Shown here: positions 37,071-49,247 of the stretch, piece after piece
Numbering within the stretch: position 1 is the stretch's first letter
Layout: each line of letters begins with the position of its first letter
NCBI RefSeq assembly: GCF_006345805.1
Contig: NC_043004.1
Span: 87,358,001-87,422,000, forward strand
Origin: Octopus sinensis
Taxonomy: Eukaryota
Length of the DNA: 64,000 nt
Direction of reading: 5' to 3'
Translations under genes and position numbers: made by a program
The notes under the pieces: generated by a model
What the model was told of the DNA's origin: nothing
Database searches by the model: none
The model's input: only the letters and a program-made list of their open reading frames with translations

Positions 37071-40000
37071 TAGCACACAAATTAAAATAATGAAATCTTA
37101 CAAACCAGATACCAAAACGAAATAAATAAATAAATGAATAGTGAAATAACTTTTAAAGAAAGATCAAAAGTTATAAAAGGTGAAAAATAATTAACGAAAC
37201 ATTTTCCATTGTTTGATACTAGAAAAGAAATGACCGTTTGATCGGCCATAAACAGCTTCCTAATTTCCGTGGAAAATGGTAAAGATTAAGTCAGATTCCT
37301 TCTCCAACCTTTCCTTTCTCCCTTTAAATATTTATTTGTAGCGCACCTGAGCACTGTACATTAATCTCTCGCCATATTGTGGTTCATTTATCGCGATTTA
37401 TTATTTAAGCTTATGTCGATTCCTCTGTGGTGTTGTTTTGCATTTATGATAAAATAAATACACACAAGTTATAAAAATATTTTTTAAAAATTGCAGTACA
37501 GTACTGGGATCGTTACAAAGAAATTATTTTAAGAATCTGGCGGTCAAAGTGAAAAGATCCTGAACTCATTGTATACAGTAATCCCTTGACTATCATAGGT
37601 GTTACGTTCCAAAAATCCCCGCGATAGGTGAAAATCCACAAAGTAGAAACAGGGATCCATGATAAGTTCATTAATATAAGATGGAAGCATGAAAATAAAT
37701 ACGTGAAACAACGGCAATCTTTAGTTTTGCAATTTCTTCCTTGTTTTTTAATTAATATCTGGAGGAAGGAACTGTGCTCATTGCCTTCGCACACTCAAAC
37801 AGACCGGTGAGATCGAGGCATTAATTGCTGCTAGAAATAAAAATATGTGCAGGGAAATGATTCCAGAGGATCAACATTCAGGATAAGTAGGATTGGGGTG
37901 AAGGATGGTGGGGGAGGACATTATATAAATGATGAAAGACGAAAAAGGTAAACGCCCCTCACCAAAAAGAAAAACAGACGAATGAGTCATGAGTACACGA
38001 CAGTGCGAAGCAAGGAGTTTCAGCGCCCAGTGGGTAAAGACACATTTGGCATCTTCAGCTTAATAGACACGATAAACAAAATGAAATTTTGGACCTCTAT
38101 ATACCTACATCTGAGGGTGACTAAATCCCATCGTGCTCCTTGTTACCCATCTGGTGTCGCGAGGAGTAGGGGCCATTGTATTTGTAGAACAACAGAGAGA
38201 GGAGACAACATATCAGTGAGCCAGAGGTTGGAGCATTCAATAACAATGCTCTTGCAATGAAACTTTGAAACAAATGAAGGCAATGTTATAGCAATTAATA
38301 TTTCAAAGAAATGGAAGAAATACTGCTAGTGTATAGAAAGAAGTTGTGCTTGTCCATCACTAACTAGGTTCATATCTGTAATTTGTAGCAAATCAAAGCA
38401 CTTGTAGACTTCAGTATTTTGTAACTTCCAATCATATAAATGTTTAAATCTTTATTTCGATCATTCTTCTAAATGTTAATTAGTTGTTTCAGCAATTTAT
38501 TTGTTTCCATCTTATAAATACTTGAAAAAAAAAAAGAAAGAAAGAAAAGAAACAAAAATGAATCGGTCGGCTTTTTCTAGCATTCTAACCTTCCTTGGTG
38601 AACACCAGATCTACAGGAGACCTATTCTATTACTCACCAGCGGGCTCTCGCCCTTGCAACTGGCATGAGAAAATCCTGTCAAAACTCCCTGTAACTGGGA
38701 TCCACCTGCATATAGTCCCTTGGATCAGTGAGTTCCTGTTATATTGCACTACTGTGACATGTGCTAATGGAACTTCTCTCTCTGTCCGACAACCCTTTCA
38801 GCTTGGGTGTTGTGTCTCCTGGGGTTCAGTTTTGATCCACGACACTCTTCCTCCTATATATCAACAACCTACTTGTAGTCACAACACCCACACCTAAACG
38901 AATGATATTCTACTTCATTCCTCTCTAGTCTCCGACAACCAAACATCAGCCACATGCAATCTAGACATCTCGCGAAATCTGCGCTGACTCTCGAACACAT
39001 CTTTTAATGATGGGGAAAAGGTCTTTTTTTTAAAGGTAAAGGGTATGATTCGGGGTAGATTTGTCTGCTTTTTCCAGCAAGTCGGACAATCGCATATACT
39101 GTGATCGTATTTTTCTGTTTTCAAACTGATACCCAAGTGTAAAAAGTGGACTTGTTTTGGTGAAAAGCGACACGCTCCAAAATCGAAACTGTACTATCGC
39201 CTGTTTTTCTGTGAATTGATTGATTGATTTAATGACTACTGATACTAGTAATATCAACTCGAAAATGAGTAAAAAGCAGAAGTTAACTCCTCCGGTGGGT
39301 ACTGATCATGATAGTATACTGAATTCGGTCCGATAAGTACTAACCTTCAAAATATATGTAGCATGATGTATCTACAGACTTATTTACACCAGGGGCCCTA
39401 CTATTTCAAAATACAAATACATCTCGTTTGAAATAAATTTGGAAAATTTTTAGGTGTTCTTTGAGGCCCTATTTAAATAATTCTTAGTAGTCCCCGAAGT
39501 TCTGGTCGATAGGGCCGAAAACTAAAAGTTTTCTAATGTGACTGTCTTGACTTTCTTTTTGTTTTGTAGCTGTAAAGTATCTAAGATTACATTATCAGGG
39601 GTACCGTGTTTTAAGACGTTAGGTGGAATTTGAGAGAAAACTGGCTGATATTTCTAGCATGTCGCACAATGTTGAGACCCTCCTGTTACGTGGATCCTTT
39701 CTTTTATTTTTATAGCTTATTCGGAGGAGAAAGGGTAATGCCCATGTTTTTCAGGACTTCAAGAACGATACAAGCACAGACTTGGCTCATAAGCTTACAA
39801 TAGAGGGTGAACTCTCTTACATTTTAATACTACTAGGTGGTAGTATTAAACCGGGTAACGATTAAGTCGACTACTTAAATCATGCACGGTCATTTCGACA
39901 GGCCTTCTGTACAGTTTCCATCGCCTGAATTTCAACCACAGAGCTTCGGTCGATTTGAGGCTATGGTAAAAGACACATGCTAAAAATACCGCGAAAACGG

Positions 40001-40226
40001 ATTGAACCTGAAACTATTGCGCCTCACCCTTCAAAATCAGACGGGTGTAATAGAAAACATTTCCCGTGCCTTTTAAATCAAAATCTCAATTACTTATACG
40101 TAATTAATTGTTCTTTATGTTTACTAATGATAATTATATATGTATCTACACACATAAATATATTAGTGAAGTGAAACGGAGTTCTTGCGTAAAACTACCT
40201 CATTCAATAAGATTCTAAGTCAATAC

Positions 40227-40245
40227 CCTCCACCAGATGGCGTTC
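40227..40245 (+). promoter_or_regulatory. CTCF-type motif
   Basis: CCACCAGATGGCG at 40230-40242 matches the CTCF core consensus CCASYAGRKGGCR. Confidence 0.55.
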
Positions 40246-40399
40246 TACTTGTAACTCTTAAAGTGGCGGTTTACGGTACCACGCGTCATAGTTAATTAGC
40301 AAATTCTTTAAGCCTGTTTTTAGTAAGTATTGACTCATTTTGATTTTATTTAATCGCTTGTAAATGTAGATTTGTTTAAATTCATTTTTAATGTTTAAT

Positions 40400-40490
40400 A
40401 ATCTCGAGGCAGAAACTACGTCAGAGGAAGTCGTAAAAAAGAATTTTTCGAATTGCTTTGTGGCGCTCTGCTGGCATAGGACTGTAGCTT
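40400..40490 (+). other. Putative non-coding first exon of the SGT gene (start approximate)
   Basis: CpG-containing patch with a GGAAGT ETS-like site, then tandem donors gtaagt (40491) and gtgagt (40498). The coding exon 1 acceptor at 41596 lies 15 nt before the ATG, so an upstream UTR exon is expected. Confidence 0.5.
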
Positions 40491-41611
40491 GTAAGTTGTG
40501 AGTCAATTTTTTATTTATTTTATGGACCTTCTTCAACATAACTTTAAGGGGATGCTCATATTTCTATCGTATAATGTTGATATTGAGTAGTTTTCGAAAA
40601 ATACTTCATATTGAATTATTTTAACTCTATAACTTTTCTCTTAAGTTTATTGATAGCAGCTGTAGTTCAAAATCCTGTTACATCAGTGAATATTTATATA
40701 TGTATATATATATAAATATATATATAATGATGTATATATGTTCGTGTTGGATACTGCTGTTATAAATATATCCTTGCAAGCTTGGAGTTTCTTACACTTA
40801 TTTAATAAGATGTCGATATTATGACTGGGTGTGTGTGTAGTTTATTTCCTCTTTATCAAAGAACGACACCATTTCAAGATTACTCCAGTTTTCCCGTGTT
40901 AACAAAGATTGTATTATATATATATATATAGATAATATAATATATATATGTAATATATATATAATATTCGTCTTCGCCTAACTTTGTAATCCTGTTAACT
41001 CTCTGATCATGGAAATATGAAAATATATAAACAGTTATGCTAACAATGTTATCATTACTATTTATATTTTCTCAGTATGACTAGGTGTTTAGCTAGTCTA
41101 ATATTATGTATATATTTATATTTATGTCTTGAGTTTCGTCTGTTGAGACATTTTTTTTTTCAGAACTGCAGTAATGTGATCAGAAATAAGTAACTGATAC
41201 CTTCAACTTTAATGGTTATTTACCATCCTTAAATATATAAAAAAAGAAGAAAAATACCCTAAGTTTTATTTTAGTAGTTACTGATGTAACATGAGAAAAG
41301 CCTTCTTAGTTTCATGTTGAATTATGCCTCCCAAAATGCAGAACGCTCTGCCAATAAATATTAGGAAACTTCAGTCCGTATCGGACTTTTGCATAGAAAA
41401 CCAAACTTTTCTATTTACGAAGCCCAAATTAATTAAATTTCCCCCACACTATGTTGTGTGATCAATATACTCGGATCGAATTCCTAGACTAGGTGACAGC
41501 TGCATACTCTGAGTTTGTTTTTTTGTTTTTCTTCCTCGTCCAGTTTGGAATTATTTTTCTTAATTTATAATGATTAATTTTATTTTTTATTTCTAGTTAC
41601 TTTTGAATAAA

Positions 41612-41711
41612 ATGGCTGATGTCTCGAAGCTTGTATATTCCATTCTGAAATTTCTTGGTGATCAAAAAACCTCAGGAAACTTAAGTGATGATGCTGTGGA
41701 AAGCCTGGAAG
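41612..41711 (+). CDS. SGTA: SGTA/SGTB-like coding exon 1 (dimerisation domain)
   Basis: MADVSKLVYSILKFLGDQKTSGNLSDDAVESLE; donor G|gtaagt. Joins VAIQCLESAY to give the SGT hallmark ESLEVAIQCLE. Confidence 0.93.
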
Positions 41712-42807
41712 GTAAGTGCATCTTCTATTTATAATTTCTTTCACGTCTTGAAATTAACTACTGGAGTTTGGTTTACATCTAATCTGGTTTCTTTCTTTCT
41801 GTTTTTTGTCTAGTTTCAGTCGTTGAATGAAAAGATCTGATAATTTTTATGGTAAATTTTGATGTCGTCTTTGCGTACAATAGCATTTAAATTATTTTTA
41901 TCTTGGAAACTATTTCAAACGAATTTTTCTTTACAAAAATTGGGCAGGAATTTTTTAGACAATATACTACAAGTCCCTAATCTAGACAATTTAAAGTCTT
42001 TTTGTTTTTTTGTATGGACATCCAGACTTAGATTAATTCTAATTGTTTACATATAACAATCAAGTAGCTTTATAATTAATTTTAGTTCTGTAATTGTGGG
42101 TGTTATATATTTCTCCCAGGAGTAAATGTTTAAGAGGGTGCATGCTTTGTAAGAAGGTTCTCGTTTTTGTTTAATAGAATATCATAAGAACTCATGTAAT
42201 TGAAAAAAAGCAAAAGGAAAAGATTTTTATAATGTAATAATATATATCTAAAAAGAGCTTTGATTATCAGATGTTTGGTGAGTAGAGGTGTGTTTGCAAA
42301 GTTTTTAATGGGACACATTAGGAGAAAAATGAGCCAGTGAAAAACAAATATATTTGGGGTCCCTAAAGATTGTTTGCAGTTGAGCAAATGAAGGGGCAAC
42401 CATAAAAATTGTTAAGCTAGAATATTTTTGATTTGGAGATGAAAGCTGCAAGATCACCTGCATATATGACTTAACACTGAGTAGATAGATGTTTGATGTA
42501 GTTGCATGTAACAGATGCTTTTTCTTTTTTTTTTTTCACTACCACATAGATACTGTATTAACACACTGTGCACCAGCTGGTGCTGCCTATTGTCAGCAAT
42601 CCCACTTTCTTTAGCTTAGTTTTATTTTTGCGTTTCTGTGCATTTGGTGAGTCAGTAGTAAGAGGTGTTGGACTATATATTTAGTCAATCAATTCTCAAG
42701 TGGATTGTTTATAGCAATTGGAGAAATGTTTTAGGGTACAATAAAATATCAGATGCAAGATTTGAATTAGTACCAGTTAAGTCAGCAGTTTTGCTTTCTA
42801 GCTACAA

Positions 42808-42862
<55 letters not shown>

Positions 42863-42871
42863 ATATATATA

Positions 42872-43008
42872 TGGCGTTAGGAAGGGCATCCAGCCGTAGA
42901 AACACTGCCAAATCTGACTGGGCCTGATGAAGCCTCCCGGCTTCACAGACCCCAGTTAAACCGTCCAACCCATGCTAGCATGGAAAACGGACGCTAAATG
43001 ATGATGAT
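42872..43008 (+). mobile_element. Young SINE/RTE-tail copy next to a (TA)n tract
   Basis: GGCGTTAGGAAGGGCATCCAGCC...CATGCTAGCATGGAAAACGGACGCTAAATGATGATGAT. Confidence 0.8.
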
Positions 43009-43810
43009 ATATATGTGTGTGTGCTTCAGTTTTGTTGATATAGATGTTATTAGTGCATATTATAATCTGCATGGTAAGTTCCAAGAAAAATGAGTTGACA
43101 ACTCTTATATGGTTCCTGTTTCACATCGTTTTAATATATAAACCTCAGTCTTCATTAATTTGTTTGCCCTTGTTATCTCAATGGGGCTGATACCTGTTGA
43201 GGGATATCTTGGATTGCAAAAGGCCAAGTAGCTGATTTTAGCTTAACAGAACAAACAATAAAATAAAAAAATTTTAAAGCAGTTCTGACTTGATATATAC
43301 ATCAAATTTATAACTAATTTTATTCCATTACAACGTTGGAGTACAAAGGTGGCTTTGTTCTACAAAGACCAGTGTTTTGTTTATTTGCTGCCATTTCGCT
43401 TGTTATACACTGTTAGTTGAAGCTACGACCCAGTTTTGATTTCTTGCTTTATTTCATTTCATTTATCAATCTTGTGTAATGTTCATGCCTTCAAGAAAGG
43501 CATGAACATCACATAGTCTTCTCTAAATTTTAAGGTCTGTGTTTATGTCAGTGGCTATTAAACAATGTGCTTTTGAAAATAATTTGTATGAGTGCTTCAT
43601 GATTTATTTACTTCTTATACTTTTTAATATGAAATTCTCTGTAATTTAGATTAGATCTAGTTTTGTTTGTATTTACTTCTTGGTCAGCATGGTTCTTCCT
43701 CACCCCACTCGTGTTAACAAGATTATGAGTTTAAAAAAAGAGGCATTGTTTTAAAGCCATCAAAAGCCTGACTCTTGATAGAATGATTTTATGCTCTGAC
43801 TTCTTGGTTA

Positions 43811-44030
43811 ATCATCATCATCATCATCGTTTAGCGTCCGTTTTCCATGCTAGCATGGGTTGGACGGTTCTACTGGGGTCTGTGAAGCCAGAAGGCTTCA
43901 TCAGGCCCAGTCAAATCTGGCAGTGTTTCTACGGCTGGATGCCCTTCCTAACGCCAACCACTCCGTGAGTGTAGTGGGTGCTTTTTACGTGCCACCCGCA
44001 CAGGTGCCAGACAGAGCTGGCAAACGGCCG
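43811..44030 (-). mobile_element. Young SINE/RTE-tail copy, inverted relative to 42872
   Basis: (CAT)n-CGTTTAGCGTCCGTTTTCCATGCTAGCATGGGTTGGACGG..., the same subfamily as the 42872 copy. Confidence 0.8.
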
Positions 44031-45231
44031 TTTTATAAAATTTTTATGTTATGTAGCTTTAGGTCAGCCTTGATTGAGGTTTTTCATGTTTGATGGCATT
44101 CTGGCTGTTATTGATCATTCTGTTATTTTCTTAGGAATACTATATTTAGGGCTATGTGATTTAATGTTTTTCTATCGAGTTGAAAATAGATTTAGCTAGT
44201 ATTTTCTTTTTGTCTCCTTGTGTTCCTTTCACCTATTCATCTTCAATTCAACCATATTCTCTCCATTAACAGCAGATCATCTATATTCAGTAACTCCCAT
44301 TGTAGACCCTCCTTTATGCTTTGAGCTAGTGTTTCCATCACAACTAGAAATAGTGGGGTTTTTATTATTGATCCCTAAAACATGCCAACATTCTATTTCT
44401 GTCTCCTAAAAAAATTACTAGCCTTCTACCATAATTTGAAACCATATTCCTCCACTCTTACCTCTCTCAATGTCTACTCTGTGCTTATGCTTTGGAAAAG
44501 ATGTTCATATTTGTTGTTTTAAAATTTATTTCTATGTTGATGATTAATTTTTGATAAATATATTAACAATTCTAATTTTTGAAATAATTAACAGGATTTA
44601 TATTGTTACCTTGTTTTGAATAGAATTCCTTCACCTTGTAAGCAATAACAGCATGATAATGAGAGAATAAATATTAAGGTTAACTGTCACATAGTTTTTT
44701 TGTGGTTTGTCTGTGTATAAGAATATGCACACTCGTGCACACACACACACACACACACACAGCATAGCTGAATGGTTAAGAATTTGCTATGCAGTCATTA
44801 AGTCTCAGGTTTGATTCTACTGTTTGGGCAAGTGTCAACATAATTTTTCATCATTAGTTTATGTCTGTTTTCCTTACTGGCATGGGTTAGATGGTTTGAC
44901 TGGATCTGGCAGGCTTCAGGGCTGTGGTGAGCTCCAATGTCATCTTTGGCATGGTTTCTATGGCCTGATACCTTTCCTAATTCCAATCAGTTTATTGTGT
45001 GTACTGAGTGCATTTTTTCTCTCGTATTAGTGAGGTTATAAAGTAACTTGCAAGAGAGGAAAAGAACATGAAAAAGATCCTTCCAGCAAATGGTAAGGGG
45101 TGGGGAGAGGTTTTATTTCACGTGTTGAAAGGTTAAAGTATGATAGAGGAAAATGCATGTGCCTTGCTATAGGGGAGATACATGTTTTGTTTTAGTATTT
45201 TTATTAATTTAATTTTATTTTGTCTCTTTAG

Positions 45232-45350
45232 TGGCTATTCAGTGCCTGGAATCAGCCTATGGAATAAATACCAACGAACCTGAAAGTGCATCCAAATATT
45301 ATGTGGACAAAAATCTTTTAGATATTTTCAATTCTCATACAAGTTCTGAG
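45232..45350 (+). CDS. SGTA: SGT-like coding exon 2
   Basis: (V)AIQCLESAYGINTNEPESASKYYVDKNLLDIFNSHTSSE. Acceptor tctctttag, donor gtgagt, phases 1/0. Confidence 0.93.
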
Positions 45351-45739
45351 GTGAGTCAAACGAACTATTCTAAATATTATTATGTATGTATTGAATGTTT
45401 TTTTTTAAATTATTAAATTTACTTTTATTTATATTGTTGGGAGCCAGTGGGATAGTTATGAAAACTTAAGACAGTTTGGTTATTCATGCAGTTATGTATA
45501 GTTGTTTATCCATGGTATTAAGTTGTTTCCAAAGAAGCAAACTGAAGCAAGAGATCTCCCTTGATTAAAATACAAAATAACAAGGCTTGAATTTTTGACC
45601 TATGCTCAAATGTCCAGAGCTTCAATCATTTAGCTGGTTTGTTTAATTATAATTATATAATTACATCTGATTTGTCATATTCACTTTTTAAGTTATGCAA
45701 CTTTGTAATTACTGGACTAGAATATGAATTGGTTGGGTA

Positions 45740-46600
45740 AGGTGTGTGGGCATGTTCCATTGCTGCATTCACCAGTTGTTTGTATATTCTCTGGTCTTCC
45801 CGGGTGACCTGGTCCTCATATCTGCAAGTTACTGCCCCATCTGCTGTGATCATGTAGCCAGCTGGATGCTCAGTGAAGAAAAAAGTAGGGTTTAACTCTG
45901 AAAACTGAGCTGGCATTCCCAAATCATACAAGTAACAGGATGCATTCCAGTTTCTGAGTAGTTGTTGGATACAAGATCTGACCAATGGTAACCCATAATC
46001 CTGTGAAGCGTCTTAGTGCCAAAGGAGTTCAGTTGGCTCTTAAGTGCCCCAGACAGTGTCCAAATCTCACGATTATAGAAACAGAACAGGAAGGACCAGA
46101 GAGCTAAAAACGTGAACCTTTGTCCTCCTGCTTAGATATTGGCAGCACCAAACACCCTTGTCCACAACTATACCATCTCGTCCAAGTCTTTTTAGGACTT
46201 CAGACTCGCAGCTGCTATGAATCTCATCATCATCGATTTTGACTGAGGGCTGGCGAACCAGACGGCCGCACCAGGTTCAAATCTTGATCTGGCAGAGTTT
46301 CTACAGCTGGATGCCCTTTCTAACGCCAACCACTCCGAGAGTGTAGTGGGTGCTTTTTACGGGGCCTGTCAGGCGGTACTGTCCATTACCTCACTGCGAA
46401 AATAGCTGAAATGGTCAACAACTTTGAATGTCTCACCTGCAACAGTCCTCCAAGAAGCCAACAAAAGACTGGATCTTAGTCTTAACTCAAGAGACTCTTG
46501 GGCCAAGTGGTTCTGTTTCCTCATTCAGTGAAACAAGAGCACTCCTTGATGTCCAGAGACTTGGCAAGAATAACTGCTTCATCAGCAACATCTACACATG
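45740..46600 (-). mobile_element. RTE-like LINE remnant with nested SINE
   Basis: Minus-strand WTLSGALKSQLNSFGTKTLHRIMGYHWSDLVSN (RT C-terminal region). A SINE sits at ~46225-46385. Confidence 0.6.
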
Positions 46601-47189
46601 CAGAATACATGGTAAACGGGTATGATAACATAGAAAAAAAAATTAATAGATTGGTAGTTTTTATTTTTAATTTCCAGGAAGCTAAAATATAAACTCAATA
46701 TTATAAACCACTGAAGGTAGATATTAGTTCTTTATTTCTGAAAATGTCAAAACTGTTATTTCCAGTGTCAGAATATCAAGGAAATGTTTTTGTAATCAAT
46801 CTTAATATTCATTTGTAACATCAAGGGGCAGAATCAAATTTAAACAAGGGCATGCAAAAGTATGCATGAATCATCATCTTTCCATGTTTAGTTTACTGTG
46901 CTTGCATGGGATGGATGGCTTATCTATGGCTGAGTTATCTGGAGTTATTACCCTTCTAGACAGGCCAGAGACCATATCTTATTTGCATATCCATATTTGG
47001 TATGGTTTCTACTGCCTTTTCTAATCTGAACCACTTTACATTGTGCAGTGATTGCATTTTATTGTAGTACCTGCATTAGAAAAGTTGTTTTGTTATTGGC
47101 AAGACTGAAGTCCTCTTTAGTCTGTTGTTGTTCATTTGTCAACCACCTTAGAGTTTTCTGGCTGCATTTTATTATGACACTTGCATTAA

Positions 47190-48274
47190 CCCTTTCGTTA
47201 CCAAACCGCCCGAAAAAAAATTTGGTTCATGTGACCAAGCTGCCCAAAACCGCCCGTATTTACCTATTCATATTTAAATGAGAATATCAGAGCAAATCTC
47301 TTTAGTACGTTCGTGAAAACACGTGATTATACTTCGTAAACAGTTCATCTACAGTTTTGTACAACGATCAAAGTGTAATGTTAATTCTTTGAATTTTGGG
47401 AGATTTTTTTCCGAAATTTGTTCCTATTGTGTTTTCAAAATTTGTAATTCTGACAAAAAATGGATACGAATTTCATTATATCAAGCAGCGAGTCAGAATT
47501 CAAAGGATTTTCTACTGAAGTCCTTGATAAATCTAACTCTATGACTGAAAAAAAAAAGCACGTGGTATTTGATAATGAATCCGATGTTTCATTTTCCGAA
47601 AATGAAAACAGTGAATCCGAGAGCTTCGACAGCGATAAAGAAAATGAACTAGCATCTGAATGGAGTGAAAATTTAAAAACTGTTTCTTTCAGTGATTTTT
47701 CTAAAGAAACTGGACTAAGCCACAGTCTTTCCCAGGAGAGTAAAGCCTTAAACTATTTCTTTTTACTTTTTCGAATGAGCCTATTTGAAATCATTACGGC
47801 GGAAATGAACCGTTACGCTAAATGTAAACAAAGCGAAAGAAAGGATAGTTTGTTGTTTCCCACAACCTTAAATGAAATTAAGGCCTATTTTGCCATAAAT
47901 ATTATTATGGGTATCAGAAAGTTACCCAGAATAACAAATTCTATAGTAAAATTTTGTTGTATACCCAATTGAATATTAGCTAATAACCCATTTTCTATAG
48001 CGATGTTTGAACAAAATTTTAATAATTTTATATTTTGTTGAATTTACCTGTATTTACCTGTATCTACCTGCAATTAGTCACTTTGTGACAAAAATTATAG
48101 TATAGAATTGGTTGAGAACATTTCATTAAATTATCTTCCAAAAATCACATTAATATATTGATAAATAAAAAAAGTTATAGTTGTTTAATGAAACCAGACT
48201 AAATTTATGATTACGTTAGAAATTAATTGAAACATAAGGGGTGTATTTTGGTCAGAAATATAATAACGAAAGGG
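47190..48274 (+). mobile_element. Internally deleted piggyBac element with truncated transposase ORF (47460-47972)
   Basis: TTAA TSDs (47186-47189, 48275-48278) and perfect TIRs CCCTTTCGTTA/TAACGAAAGGG. The ORF has an acidic N-terminus and FFLLF..SLFEII..EMNRYA..PTTLNEIKAYFAINIIMGIRKLP (PGBD4-like, DDE_Tnp_1_7 start). Confidence 0.92.
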
Positions 48275-48906
48275 TTAAGGAGGTTGCCTTGTCTCACAAA
48301 AGACTAAAGTCCTCTCTGCTCTACACTGTCTTGTTCAAGGCAGTATGGTCGAGAGAGTGAATGGAAGAGATAGTAGTAAAGGGAGTAAAATAAGAGAGTC
48401 AGTGTGATTGGAATGAGTAATGGAAGAGAGACAGTGATACACAGTTACATGTTGTTTGTTGGCACAAATTGAACAGAATGAGACAGTATGAGAGGCATAA
48501 TGGGGAGAAGACCCAATAGGAAAGAAACAGTGACAGGAAAGGGTGGAATGGATGTGAACAATAAATGATAGAGGAGAGTGATTGGTAGGAGTGATATGAT
48601 AGAGGGAATAATGGGGAAGGGAGAACGATGGTTAGCAATAAAGGAAAATGATGGTTTTGAAGGGATTGAATATTAAGTCCGCAAGAGGCCCTCATATAAA
48701 TAAGTTCATTTATTATCGCTGATTTTGGTTTGTATGCAGGGATAAGTGTCACAGTCATGTCCATGACTAGTTTAAACTTAATTGTTCCATCTCACACACT
48801 CTGATTACCTCAGTCTATCTGCTCATTTCTCTGACAAGTTTTCTTACACTACCCACTACATTGCTGTCACCAACTCAGAAAAATCTATATTAAAACTATT
48901 TAAACA

Positions 48907-49247
48907 GGGGCAGGTGTGGCTTGTGGTAAGAAGCTTGCTTCCCAACCACATGGTTCCAGGTTCAGTCCTGCTGTGTGGTACCTTGGGCAAGTGTCTGCTA
49001 CTATAGCCTCGGGTCGACCAAAGCCTTGTGAGTGGATTTGGTAGACAGAAACTGAAAGAAGCCCATTGTATATATTTGTGTGTTTGTCCCCACCACCATC
49101 GCTTGACAACCAATGCTGGTCTGTTTACGTCCCTGTAACTTAGCACTTCGGCAAAAAGAACCAGTTGAATTAGTCCAGTTGACTAAAAGGTAGTGCTCCA
49201 GCATGGCCACAGTCAAATGACTGAAACAAATGAAAGAATAAAAGAAG
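48907..49247 (+). mobile_element. Near full-length CORE-like tRNA SINE
   Basis: GGGGCAGGTGTGGCTTGTGGTAAG (A box-like)..GGTTCAGTCC (B box-like)..ACCTTGGGCAAGTG, ending in an A-rich tail GAAAGAATAAAAGAA. Confidence 0.75.

Noticed and set aside
39823-39850. 11-bp inverted repeat resembling a terminator
   Set aside because: It is a short AT-rich stem in eukaryotic intergenic DNA with no supporting context.
45653-45985. 110-aa ORF antisense to SGT
   Set aside because: It overlaps a frameshifted RTE LINE remnant, so it is probably a chance open frame.
48907-48980. tRNA-like A/B box sequences, here and at other SINE heads
   Set aside because: They do not form cloverleaves and continue into SINE bodies, so they are not tRNA genes.
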